Assembly: GCA_964574145.1 (NCBI GenBank)
Contig: CAZNKJ010000003.1
Coordinates: forward strand, 4,787 to 68,786
DNA: 64,000 nucleotides
Origin: an uncultured Candidatus Saccharibacteria bacterium
Lineage (GTDB): Bacteria > Patescibacteriota > Minisyncoccia > Phycocordibacterales > CAZNKJ01
Direction of reading: 5' to 3'
The position numbers and the translations under genes are program-made. The notes under the pieces were generated by a model. The model had not been told where the DNA came from and did not search any database. It was given only the letters and a program-made list of their open reading frames with translations. Below are positions 47,475-56,752 of the stretch, in pieces (position 1 is the stretch's first letter; every line of letters begins with the position of its first letter).

Positions 47475-50400
47475 ATGTTTACACGTATCTACCAACATGC
47501 AGACGACGGAAGTGAAATCTGCTTCTATGTCGATTCGCAGGGGAAGCTCTCCAGTAGAGAGCTTCAACAACTTCAATGGCTTATTGCAGAAACATACCAA
47601 TTGGGTAACACTCGAATGGAATCTGCTCTGATGCCTGGTAGCTTTGTCGAAATTGGTCCTCGACTTAGTGTCGAAACACCATTTTCTTCAAACGCTGTTG
47701 CCATCTCCCACGCAATGGGTATTACCAAAGTTCAGCGAATCGAACACTCGGTTCGTTATGTCCTCACTGACTCGCAAAATAAAAGTGAGGTCTTGGCAAA
47801 TTATTTGGATCCGATGACACAGGTCGTCTACCCAAACGAACTGATTGACTTTGGACCGACCGTGAAGCCAGAGCCTGTAAAGATCATTCCGATTTTACGG
47901 CAAGGTGAAGAGGTGCTCCACGCACTCAACATCTCGCTTGGACTCGGAATGGACTCGTTCGACATTACGTACTACACAAGACTGTTCCAGAAACTTGGAA
48001 GAGATCCGACCGATGTCGAACTCTTCCAGATCGGTAATGCCAATAGTGAACACAGCAGGCACTGGTTCTTCCGTGGGAAGCTTGTCATTGATGGCACACT
48101 GATGCCTGAGACATTGTTTGATATTGTCCGCGGCCCGCTTTTGGCTAAGAACGGCTCAAACAGTATAATTGCATTCCATGACAATGCTGGGGCTATTTTC
48201 GGTTTTGACGTCTCAACGTTTGAACCGATGAACCCTGGTACGCCGTGCATGTTTACAACGCGCCAGCGTACTTGGCACATCACTGCCACAGCTGAAACTC
48301 ACAATCATCCTACTCTGATCGCCCCTTTTCCTGGTGCCGAAACTGGCTCAGGCGGAAGGATCCGTGATACAGGTGCGGCTGGACGTGGGTCGCTACCAGT
48401 TGCTGGTCTTGCTGGCTATAACGTTGGCAACTTGTTCCTTCCAGATTATCAAATCCCTGGCGAAATTGTCGGTGGTGAAGAGATTCGGGGTCAAGCGACA
48501 CCGCTCACAATTCTCATTGAAGGTAGTGACGGTGTTTCCGATTATGGCAACAAATTTGGTGAACCGCTTATCGGTGGGTTTACCAGGACGTTTGGACAAG
48601 TGGTTAGCGGTGAACGGCTGGAGTTTCGTAAGCCAGTCCTTTACACTGCCGGTCAAGGTCAAATTGCTGCTGAGCATGCGAAGAAACATGAACCTAAAAT
48701 GAGTATGTGCGTAATCGCAATCGGTGGTCCAGCGTATCGAATTGGTGTTGGAGGTGGAGCTGCTTCCAGTATGTTTCAAGGCGAGAATGAAGCTGGTCTG
48801 GACTTCAATTCCGTTCAACGCGGCAACGCGCAGATGGAAAACAAAGCCAACCGTGTTATTCGAGCCTGTATCGAAATGGGATCGAGGAATCCCATCGAGA
48901 GCATACACGATCAAGGTGCTGGTGGCCCAAGCAATGTCCTTACGGAACTTGTGGAAGCTACTGGCGGTAAGATCAAAATTCGCCAAATCGTACTCGGGGA
49001 CAAAACGATGTCTGTTCTGGAAATCTGGAGTGCTGAGTATCAAGAACGTTACGGGCTTCTTGTGAAGCGTGACAATCTTGCTTGCTTTCAGGCAATCTGT
49101 GAGCGTGAGGGCTCGAACTGTGAAGTTGTCGGGGAAGTAACTAATGACGGCCATATTACCGTTATTGACTCTGATGATAACACCACTCCGGTTCATCTCG
49201 ACCTACATAGTATACTTACGGGACTTACGCAGAAGACTTTCGAGTCGGAGCGGATTGAACGTGAGTTTGCACCTCTTGAACTTCCTTCTGACCTCACGGT
49301 TGGTGAAGCGCTTGAGAGAGTATTTTGTCTACCACAAGTTGGTTCGAAGGGGTTTCTTGTGCACAAGGTTGATCGAAGTGTCACGGGGCGGGTTGTGCAG
49401 CAGCAATGCTGTGGACCTGCTCAAATACCAGTTGCCAATGTGTCGGTAACGGCTAGTGGCTTTTTTGGTACCACCGGTGCTGCAACGGCGCTTGGTGAAC
49501 AACCGATCAAGATGTTGCTCGACCCTGGTGCTGGTGCTCGAATGGCCGTGGGCGAAATGCTCACAAATATGGTGAGTGCATGTATCAGTGACCTTAGCGA
49601 TGTCGTTTGTCGGGCCAACTGGATGTGGCCGGCGAAACTACCAGGAGAAATGCCACGTCTCTACGACGCAGCAACTGCTATGCGTGACATCATGCTCGCA
49701 CTTGGGATCTCAATTGACGGTGGCAAGGACAGTTTGTCCATGGCTGCCACAATCAATGGGTTCCGTGTGAAGTCACCTGGTCAATTGGTGATTATGGGCT
49801 ATGCGCCGGTGCCAAATATTGCATTTGTGCGTACTCCTGACATCAAGCGACCAGGAAACAGCGATCTTGGCTTTATTGACTTGGGTAACGGCAAAAACCG
49901 CCTCGGTGGTTCGAGTCTCGCTCAGGCCTTTGGCCAAACTGGAGATATCTCTCCAGATGCTGATGACCCAGTGTTCTTGGCATGTGTTTTCAGAGCTGTA
50001 CAGGAAGCGATCAGCAATAGTCTCATTCTGTCACTTCACGATCGAAGCGATGGCGGGCTCATCACGACCTTGGTTGAGATGTGTTTGTCAGGACTTTCCG
50101 GCGCGGAAATCAATCTCGCCAGCGACGCTGACGTTCTTGCCGAGTTGTTTTCGGAGGAACTTGGATTGATGTTTGAGTATGCACCGGAGCAGGAAACTGG
50201 TCTTCAGGCAATATTCGATTCTTACGGCATATCTTTTGTGAGGATCGGACGAACCATGCAGACACAAACCGTTGTAGTAAAACAAGACGGTCAAGATAAT
50301 TCGGTTTTTCTTTCGTCTCTTGATGATCTTCGGGTTAAGTGGGAGGCAACAAGCTCTCGTCTCGAAGAGATTCAAACCACTGTCTCGGATGTGGAGTCGG

Positions 50401-51287
50401 AAAGACGTTGTTACGTTGGATCAAAACGACCGGCGTACCAGCTGACGTTTGACCCTACCCCCGCAATGGAAAGTGAGGGCATACATCCTGCCATAGCTAT
50501 TCTTCGAGAGGAGGGTACAAACGGTGATCGAGAAATGTCCGCCGCTTGCTTTGCGGCTGGTCTTGACCCGTTTGACGTGACTATGAGCGATTTGCAAACT
50601 GGAAGAACTACTCTGGATCAATTCCAAGGTCTGGTGTTTCCAGGAGGCTTTTCATTCATGGATGTCTTCGGCAGTGGCAAGGGATGGGCTGGAGTGATTC
50701 AGTTCAACGAGGTTCTTAAGCTTCAGTTCGATTCGTTCTATAATCGACCTAACACCTTCTCCCTTGGCGTATGTAACGGATGCCAGCTCATGGCGCTCTT
50801 AGGATGGGTGCCGGGAGGTGACGTCAGTGAAGCGTCACAACCGCGCTTCGTTCACAACCACTCTGGTCGCTTTGAGTCCCGCTTTGCGCAGGTGAAAATC
50901 TTACCAAGTCCAGCGGTACTTCTTCGCGGCATGGAGGGCTCAACTCTTGGTGTTTGGATTGCGCACGGTGAAGGGAGACTGATTTTCCCAGACACGAGCG
51001 TGAATGATATGGTACGTGAAAAAAACCTCGCACCACTTGCATACACAGATCCGTCTGGTTCACCGACTGAGGTGTATCCGTACAATCCCAATGGTTCGCC
51101 AGACGGGTTCACGGCGCTTTGCTCGGAAGACGGAAGACATCTGGCAATGATGCCTCATCCGGAACGCTGCTTCCAGAAGTGGCAGTGGCCTTGGATGCCT
51201 GAAGAATGGAAAGACACACTCGCCGCATCTCCGTGGCTCCGCATGTTCCAAAACGCCCGTTTGTGGTGTGAGGAACAAAAGAGTTGA
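47475..51287 (+). CDS. purL: Phosphoribosylformylglycinamidine synthase, large single-chain type
   Basis: 1270 aa. The GNANSEHSRHWFF region, PurM-like repeats, and a C-terminal glutaminase with GVCNGCQ and HGEGR. RBS AGGAGGG upstream. GC ~48% versus ~37% for the flank. Confidence 0.85.
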   Translation: MFTRIYQHADDGSEICFYVDSQGKLSSRELQQLQWLIAETYQLGNTRMESALMPGSFVEIGPRLSVETPFSSNAVAISHAMGITKVQRIEHSVRYVLTDSQNKSEVLANYLDPMTQVVYPNELIDFGPTVKPEPVKIIPILRQGEEVLHALNISLGLGMDSFDITYYTRLFQKLGRDPTDVELFQIGNANSEHSRHWFFRGKLVIDGTLMPETLFDIVRGPLLAKNGSNSIIAFHDNAGAIFGFDVSTFEPMNPGTPCMFTTRQRTWHITATAETHNHPTLIAPFPGAETGSGGRIRDTGAAGRGSLPVAGLAGYNVGNLFLPDYQIPGEIVGGEEIRGQATPLTILIEGSDGVSDYGNKFGEPLIGGFTRTFGQVVSGERLEFRKPVLYTAGQGQIAAEHAKKHEPKMSMCVIAIGGPAYRIGVGGGAASSMFQGENEAGLDFNSVQRGNAQMENKANRVIRACIEMGSRNPIESIHDQGAGGPSNVLTELVEATGGKIKIRQIVLGDKTMSVLEIWSAEYQERYGLLVKRDNLACFQAICEREGSNCEVVGEVTNDGHITVIDSDDNTTPVHLDLHSILTGLTQKTFESERIEREFAPLELPSDLTVGEALERVFCLPQVGSKGFLVHKVDRSVTGRVVQQQCCGPAQIPVANVSVTASGFFGTTGAATALGEQPIKMLLDPGAGARMAVGEMLTNMVSACISDLSDVVCRANWMWPAKLPGEMPRLYDAATAMRDIMLALGISIDGGKDSLSMAATINGFRVKSPGQLVIMGYAPVPNIAFVRTPDIKRPGNSDLGFIDLGNGKNRLGGSSLAQAFGQTGDISPDADDPVFLACVFRAVQEAISNSLILSLHDRSDGGLITTLVEMCLSGLSGAEINLASDADVLAELFSEELGLMFEYAPEQETGLQAIFDSYGISFVRIGRTMQTQTVVVKQDGQDNSVFLSSLDDLRVKWEATSSRLEEIQTTVSDVESERRCYVGSKRPAYQLTFDPTPAMESEGIHPAIAILREEGTNGDREMSAACFAAGLDPFDVTMSDLQTGRTTLDQFQGLVFPGGFSFMDVFGSGKGWAGVIQFNEVLKLQFDSFYNRPNTFSLGVCNGCQLMALLGWVPGGDVSEASQPRFVHNHSGRFESRFAQVKILPSPAVLLRGMEGSTLGVWIAHGEGRLIFPDTSVNDMVREKNLAPLAYTDPSGSPTEVYPYNPNGSPDGFTALCSEDGRHLAMMPHPERCFQKWQWPWMPEEWKDTLAASPWLRMFQNARLWCEEQKS

Positions 51288-51317
51288 GGGAAACGTAGTG
51301 AGTTAGACCTTTGATGA

Positions 51318-51350
51318 CCCCTGGTGTTCGCGCACCGGGGGTTCTTTTTT
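51318..51350 (+). terminator. Rho-independent terminator after purL
   Basis: CCCCTGGTG..CGCACCGGGG stem followed by T8. Confidence 0.7.
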
Positions 51351-51437
51351 TATCTAGTTGCTTTTAAGCTCTAAAAAATGCATAGTCTAAACAGAATCAA
51401 ATGATCTTTTTAACCTTTTAACATATGAGGTGTTCTC

Positions 51438-52622
51438 ATGGACTATCATAAAGAAATTGTTGCGCCGGGTGATCGGTTTTCTGAGCTTGCACGTAAGATA
51501 TGTGTTGCAAGTTTTAACAACTCACCAGCTGTCACAATACAGCGCGGCGGGGCGGGAATGCGAGCTATGGATGGCTTTGAGTGGAATGAAGCTACACTTC
51601 GAGCAATGTTAAGACGAGAAGTGTACGAAGTAGCTCAAAGTGATGGTGCTGGTGGAAAACCACAGTTTTTCACGCTCTACAACACACCAGAAGCGTTCCG
51701 GGGTCTTGGCTGGGAAGTTATTACCATGAATGCTGACGATGTTGCTTGTCGCGGTGGCCTTCCGACAATGGTACTTTCGAGTAACATTGATGTGAAGGAA
51801 ATCACGGATGAAAACTGGTATCTTTGCGAAGCATTGCTTACTGGGTTCGGTGAAGCGTTGAAGAAATCCAACCTTGTTCTGATGACTGGAGAGACGGCTG
51901 TCATGCCGCATTGCATTACAGCGTTCTGTGATATTGGTTCTAAAGACCAGTTGATATTGACCTGGAACGCAACTTGTCTCGGACTGGCTTCTGCAAGCAA
52001 GCAGCCTAACGGGACAACAATTAAACCTGGCATGACCATCATCGGGTTCAAGGATCAAGGGTATCGTTGTAACGGTGGCACAAAAATCACCAACATCATT
52101 CTTGATACCTGGGGTCCAGACGTTAAAAGTGTCCTGAGCAACAGCAACGCCTTGGCTTTTATTGAAAAGGTGGTGGTGCCTTCACGAAGTTATGCAGGTA
52201 CAATCTCACGGCTGAACGGCTGGAAACTCGATGGCAGTTTAGGTACACCGCCAGTCACACTCCACGGTGTCGCTCACATTACTGGCGGTGGCATCTGGAG
52301 CAAGTTGGCAGAAATCTTACCCGCAGGCGTCGGTGCTAATCTCAATTCTATGCCTGAATCTACAGCAGTCCTGCTTGAAGCACAACAGCTTGCAAGCAAG
52401 ACTAACAGCCCCATGACAGACCACGAATGCCATGGAACTTTCCACGGAGGTTGTGGTCTCATGATCATTTGCGACAAAACAGATGCTGATCGAGTATGCA
52501 ACGAAGCTCGTACGGACGAACATGATCCATATGTCATTGGTAAAACGACAGCATCACCTGAAGGTGAAGTGACAATCCTGTCGAGATTCCGCGAAGGAAA
52601 AAAATTATCCTCACAACAATAG
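51438..52622 (+). CDS. PurM-superfamily (AIR synthase-related) protein, divergent
   Basis: Both PurM N- and C-domain patterns (MNADDVACRGGLP..., VLMTGETAVMPH, AHITGGGI). Not a canonical PurM N-terminus. Confidence 0.6.
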   Translation: MDYHKEIVAPGDRFSELARKICVASFNNSPAVTIQRGGAGMRAMDGFEWNEATLRAMLRREVYEVAQSDGAGGKPQFFTLYNTPEAFRGLGWEVITMNADDVACRGGLPTMVLSSNIDVKEITDENWYLCEALLTGFGEALKKSNLVLMTGETAVMPHCITAFCDIGSKDQLILTWNATCLGLASASKQPNGTTIKPGMTIIGFKDQGYRCNGGTKITNIILDTWGPDVKSVLSNSNALAFIEKVVVPSRSYAGTISRLNGWKLDGSLGTPPVTLHGVAHITGGGIWSKLAEILPAGVGANLNSMPESTAVLLEAQQLASKTNSPMTDHECHGTFHGGCGLMIICDKTDADRVCNEARTDEHDPYVIGKTTASPEGEVTILSRFREGKKLSSQQ

Positions 52623-52632
52623 ACTTTTATCA

Positions 52633-52661
52633 CCCTCGGCGTTCTGCGTCGAGGGTTTTTC
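52633..52661 (+). terminator. Rho-independent terminator
   Basis: CCCTCGGCG...CGTCGAGGG followed by TTTTTCTT. Confidence 0.65.
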
Positions 52662-53055
52662 TTACAGTATTTTTATATAAAAAAAGAATATTTTAGAAAG
52701 CGGAAGATTGGGAATAGTCAAGTATGTGACTGTGAGAGAAGGGTACTAAAAAACAGAAGGAAATACTTACTGTATGTCCGATAAAGAAATCAGTAGATTA
52801 TCTTACGTGATTAAATAAAACACAAAAGAAAGCAAAGGAAGTTGTAATACAAAAATTAAAGATGGCTGACCTCATTTATTATCCTGTTTCCGCTTGATGG
52901 GGGATGTTAGAACCTCTGTAGTGTTAAGCCTTGTGTAAAAAAGAAAGCAGCCTATCTTACGAAAAGCGGCTTTGTTGTACAGAGGCTGTCTTATATTATG
53001 TAGCTCTAATCTGTGAACTTTCATTAGTAATATCGGCGAATTTGTTCAAGAACTT

Positions 53056-53271
53056 TTGTTAATGGGAAAAAATGAAAATTTTCTAGAAGCAGTAGTTATT
53101 GTGACTCACGGTTTCGCTCTAAGGGTGATTGCGAAATTCTTACTTAACATGTCAAACGATGAGTTTCGATGGGTTAGAAACCCAATGAATTGCCATGTCG
53201 CAGACTTCTCAGTCGATGAGTCTGGCAATATTAGTATCACAGAATCCCTTCCACTAAGGGAATCAACATAA
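53056..53271 (+). pseudogene. C-terminal fragment of a histidine-phosphatase (phosphoglycerate mutase family) gene
   Basis: AVVIVTHGFALRVIAKFLL matches the conserved C-terminal His-containing strand of the family. No N-terminal catalytic RHG region upstream. Confidence 0.45.
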
Positions 53272-53330
53272 AATCCGCAGACTTAGTTTTGGTCTGTGGA
53301 TTTCTTTTTAGTAAGTTATAATTCTTTCAT

Positions 53331-53861
53331 ATGCAAGATATATTAAGAGATAGTGATGTTTTTAAAAACCCAGAACATGAGACTCCAAAGGAGTGGGAAA
53401 ATAGGCAGACAGTTAAGATAATTATCCAAAATGATAAAAGTGAAATTGCTTTAATTACAAATCCTGTGCATAAGCTATTTTTATTACCAGGCGGAGGAGC
53501 TGAAAGTGATAACCTGGAAGATGAAGCGATAAGAGAATCTTTAGAAGAAACCAACTATCATGTAGAGATTATTGATGAGATAGGTAAAGTGGACGAGCTT
53601 AGAAACAGAAATGCTAAACACTATTCCACTACCTGTTTTTCAGCAAAAGTAATTAAAGAGGGTAGTAAAGACCTTCGAACAGAAGAAGAAAAAGAAAATG
53701 ACCTAGAGGTGAAATGGTTTCGATTAAATGATGCTTTGAAAATTATGAGCGGACAGGTTGAAAGAGTAGAAAAAGGAGAAATTAATTTTTATAACACAGC
53801 TTTTAATGTTGTTAGAGATTATAACTTTTTAAGTAAATTTGATTTTGAAAAAACGAATTGA
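53331..53861 (+). CDS. Nudix hydrolase
   Basis: Canonical Nudix box GGGAESDNLEDEAIRESLEETN. Confidence 0.7.
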   Translation: MQDILRDSDVFKNPEHETPKEWENRQTVKIIIQNDKSEIALITNPVHKLFLLPGGGAESDNLEDEAIRESLEETNYHVEIIDEIGKVDELRNRNAKHYSTTCFSAKVIKEGSKDLRTEEEKENDLEVKWFRLNDALKIMSGQVERVEKGEINFYNTAFNVVRDYNFLSKFDFEKTN

Positions 53862-53884
53862 ATTGAAATAGAATACTTCACCTT

Positions 53885-54125
53885 TCTTTACATTAGCTCC
53901 GCACACTAAACAGGTTCAGAGCTTTAGATTGGATATGTATAAAAAGTGAAGTAGGGAAGTTTGATTTTGTATAAAAAAACCACTGTGCCGAGGAGCTGGA
54001 TTGCTCCTCGGGGGAGGATGTTGTGAGATGTGTCATTACTGAACGGTTTTTTGATTCGAGGGCCATTACATTCTTCCCACCAGTCGCAATGTAGCCCTGC
54101 TTCTATAAGATTTTGGAGACTACAT
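53885..54125. repeat. Dispersed repeat family, copy R2 (extended; includes a decayed small-gene 3' end)
   Basis: Core TAGCTCCGCACACTAAACAGGTTCAGAGCTTTAGATTGG. 54060-54120 is ~90% identical to 56180-56240. Confidence 0.7.
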
Positions 54126-54142
54126 ACATCAAAGGCAAGCAA
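53924..54142 (-). pseudogene. Degraded paralog of the 56176-56439 small protein
   Basis: Contains HCDWWEECNGPR but reads on past the conserved C-terminal position of the intact copy. Confidence 0.3.
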
Positions 54143-54199
54143 TAGAAGGCTTTTTGTGTTAATGGGGCGTTTATTTTTATTGATTACTAGCTATTTTAA

Positions 54200-54808
54200 T
54201 TAAATATTTTTTATAATATTTTCAATATTCGGATACTCTTTTTTAAAAGCTTTATCTACAATGTTCGTATCTACAGGAATCTTTTGCATAGTATTAATTT
54301 CCGGATCTATTTTTTCGAGAATCAAATCAACTAATCTTTCTTTACTCCAGTGGTCTATATTATATTTTTGAATCAACTCTTCTATAGAAAGATGAATAAT
54401 CTCATGAACAATCGTTCGGACAAGCTTCATTTCACTGCAAGCCTGAATGTTAGCAATTATTTTGTTTGGAGGATTGTAACTTCCGCCTACCCCATACCGA
54501 GTTAGATTTATCTCATACGAACTTTGGGGATCTGGAGAAGTTGTTGTAAAATAATTTACTAAAACCTCTTTGATCTTCGGTAGTGTTTTTAAAATATACT
54601 CTTCTTCTTTTTTATAATTTTTTTCATCATACTCCTCAGTTATTACCTGCTTTATACTTTCAGGACTTAATTTAGTATCTTCCAGCAACAGAGCTTCTGG
54701 CAGCCTAACTTTGTACCCTTTTTCTTTAAACCAGTCTATCTTATTAATAGTATATTGAACTCGCGAGATTTCACCCTCTAGAGAATACTTTATATCTAAA
54801 TCTATCAT
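54200..54808 (-). CDS. Hypothetical protein with an HExxH motif (putative zinc metallopeptidase-like)
   Basis: TIVHEIIHLSIEEL. No other recognisable domain. Confidence 0.45.
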   Translation of the reverse strand: MIDLDIKYSLEGEISRVQYTINKIDWFKEKGYKVRLPEALLLEDTKLSPESIKQVITEEYDEKNYKKEEEYILKTLPKIKEVLVNYFTTTSPDPQSSYEINLTRYGVGGSYNPPNKIIANIQACSEMKLVRTIVHEIIHLSIEELIQKYNIDHWSKERLVDLILEKIDPEINTMQKIPVDTNIVDKAFKKEYPNIENIIKNI

Positions 54809-55071
54809 ATTTAATATACTACTAGACCGCTAAACTTAATGAAAGAAAAAACTGCCGCGATTAACATTGCGGTAGCCTAGAGTTAAGTACATAACTTCCC
54901 GTAGAGATATCAGGCGTCTTGGTCAGAACCGTCGCACCCGTCGCTACAATTCCTGAAATCCCTGCTGTGAATACGCCAACTCCAAAAATATCATCTATTG
55001 AGGGTAATGGGGACAAACACCATTAACATTAATGTCATTAACAATTGTACTTATCCCCATTAATTAAATAA

Positions 55072-55172
55072 AATGTGTCAATGCATAGCTCCCACTGCTG
55101 GACAAGTTCAGAACTCTGGATTGGATATCAATACGAAATGAGATAGGGGAATATGCGTTTGTATAAAAAGAA
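55072..55172. repeat. Dispersed repeat family, copy R3
   Basis: GTGTCAATGCATAGCTCCCACTGCTGGACAAGTTCAGAACTCTGGATTGG...TTTGTATAAAAAGAAAACC. Confidence 0.7.
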
Positions 55173-55227
55173 AACCGCCCGACCAAGAGAGCCAGGCGGC
55201 TTCTATGGTAGGGCGGTTGGTTCGCGA

Positions 55228-55974
55228 TTAGGCGCGAACATTTTCCGTGACTTCCTTTACTGCGGTACAGATGTCCGCAATCGAGGTAGGAACAGGCCGC
55301 TCTTCGCTGTTGACCGTAAAATCGGTCCGCTTCTGGCGAAGATTTGCAGCATAGCGAATTGACTGATCTCCAACTTTAACGGTGATGTGGATCTGGTTGC
55401 GTGAAGAAGACATCCATTTGAACACTTTCAGGCCATCTTCTTCAAGCTTGCGTACCTCATCTTCTGGAAGGATCTGGTCCAAGACCTCTCGGTTAAAGTC
55501 CATTCGATTTCCATAGGGGATATGAAATACAGTGCGTAGCGGATCATCTTCGGCGATCGGCGAGTATTTGCCGTTGTGAGGACATAATTTCAGATTACAT
55601 CCACGACAGACAACGCTCTTCACCTTTGTAAGATGCGGTTCCTCAAGAAGAGCCGCACCAAGTGTCCACTCTGATGTGGTCATTCCAGCTTCCCTCAATC
55701 TCGGCACAAGAACCATCGCCATCATCAACTGCATTTCTTCATTGATCATGCATCCCTTAGGGTAGCAGACCGTTTCTAAAATGTTGATTGTTTCAGACGA
55801 CTTTGCTGACACGACCTTGTCAGGATGAGCGGCTTCGTACTCTGCAACCTCCTCCTTCATAATATCGAGCCGCATCTGGTGGACTGGGTCGAGGGGTTTG
55901 GACATCGCTTCGATTTCGGCGATGTCTTGCAGGTGATAGCCATACCGGCCATCGCTAATTGTTTCTTCTGTCAT
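55228..55974 (-). CDS. Hypothetical protein with a Cys cluster, GC-rich gene
   Basis: Start taken at MTEETISDG, preceded by GAGGT. VVCRGCNLKLCPH motif. GC ~50%. Confidence 0.5.
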   Translation of the reverse strand: MTEETISDGRYGYHLQDIAEIEAMSKPLDPVHQMRLDIMKEEVAEYEAAHPDKVVSAKSSETINILETVCYPKGCMINEEMQLMMAMVLVPRLREAGMTTSEWTLGAALLEEPHLTKVKSVVCRGCNLKLCPHNGKYSPIAEDDPLRTVFHIPYGNRMDFNREVLDQILPEDEVRKLEEDGLKVFKWMSSSRNQIHITVKVGDQSIRYAANLRQKRTDFTVNSEERPVPTSIADICTAVKEVTENVRA

Positions 55975-56035
55975 GGCGATATTACCTCGCTTATTTGGGT
56001 TGGATTTTTTCTTATACAAGAATAGCATATCTATA

Positions 56036-56245
56036 CAGATGTGTCAATAGCTAGCTCCGCATACTGGACGCGTTCAGAACTCTAGATTGGATTACAATAC
56101 GAATTGAAATAAGGGAGTTTACTTTTGTATGAAAAAAGAAAAACCACTCAAACGGAGTGGAGTTCCATTGAGTGGTTATCGAGGGTCATTACATTCCTTC
56201 CACCAGTCGCAATGTCGCCCTACTTCTATAAGATTTTGGTCATAG
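56036..56245. repeat. Dispersed repeat family, copy R4 (extended)
   Basis: TGTCAATAGCTAGCTCCGCATACTGGACGCGTTCAGAACTCTAGATTGG. Its minus strand supplies TTGACA-17-TATTCT upstream of the 55974 start. Confidence 0.7.
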
Positions 56246-56439
56246 GTGCTCGAGTAGTCTTTATTACTCGACTTCCACACATCAGACTGAACCATAAAGA
56301 AGTGGTTAGCTAGGTACTCGTTGGCTGGGAAGGCTCTAAGCATTTCAGAAAGAATTCCTTCAAAAATGAGAGTATGATCTTCCTCATAATGTAGGTCTTC
56401 CAAATGCCAAATTTGATACTTCTTTTCTTTAGAACACAT
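56176..56439 (-). CDS. Hypothetical 87-aa protein ending in HCDWWKECNDPR
   Basis: Intact ORF. Its C-terminal 20 codons are conserved at DNA level in R2. Confidence 0.4.
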   Translation of the reverse strand: MCSKEKKYQIWHLEDLHYEEDHTLIFEGILSEMLRAFPANEYLANHFFMVQSDVWKSSNKDYSSTYDQNLIEVGRHCDWWKECNDPR

Positions 56440-56639
56440 TTTTAAACTCCTTTATTAAGACAGGATTGTCAGAATAATGGAGTATACCCGCTTCGGTCTT
56501 TGTATTGGCTTGGAATCCAAACAAAGATGGACTAAGGGTTTACCGTACGTTCCTCCAAACCTTGATGCCCTAAGGGGAAGGGAGGGTTCTCTCGTTAGAG
56601 ATGTTTCGGGTTACCTAACTGCATTAACAATAACATACC

Positions 56640-56720
56640 TAATTAGATATGTCAATACCTAGCTCCGTCTAGTAGACGATGTTCGAATCTGTGTTTTGAG
56701 TGGATAAAGATAGAGACCCT
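56640..56720. repeat. Dispersed repeat family, copy R5
   Basis: ATGTCAATACCTAGCTCCGTCTAGTAGACGATGTTCGAATCTG. Its minus strand gives TTGACA-17-TATTGT. Contains a degenerate T-loop-like GTTCGAATC. Confidence 0.65.
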
Positions 56721-56752
56721 TTGATACTATCTCGGGGCCTCTTTTAGATTCT

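Noticed and set aside
47314-47631. 105-aa plus-strand ORF spanning the tRNA fragment and the purL start.
   Set aside because: Runs through the att-like fragment and the purL RBS out of frame. purL has a strong AGGAGGG RBS at the proper start.
48393-49196. 267-aa minus-strand ORF and many other 60-120-aa ORFs on both strands inside purL and the PurM-like gene (47900-52600).
   Set aside because: They lie wholly antisense to, or out of frame within, a long well-supported coding region. Raised GC reduces stop-codon frequency. No motifs.
56649-56700. Possible tRNA gene suggested by GTTCGAATC in repeat R5.
   Set aside because: The T-stem cannot pair (2 mismatches in 5). No D-arm or acceptor pairing, no CCA. 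Treated as a degenerate tRNA-derived motif inside the repeat.
46082-56720. Calling the R0-R5 repeats integron attC sites.
   Set aside because: No recognisable RYYYAAC/GTTRRRY core pair and no intI in the window. Kept only as 'cassette-like'.
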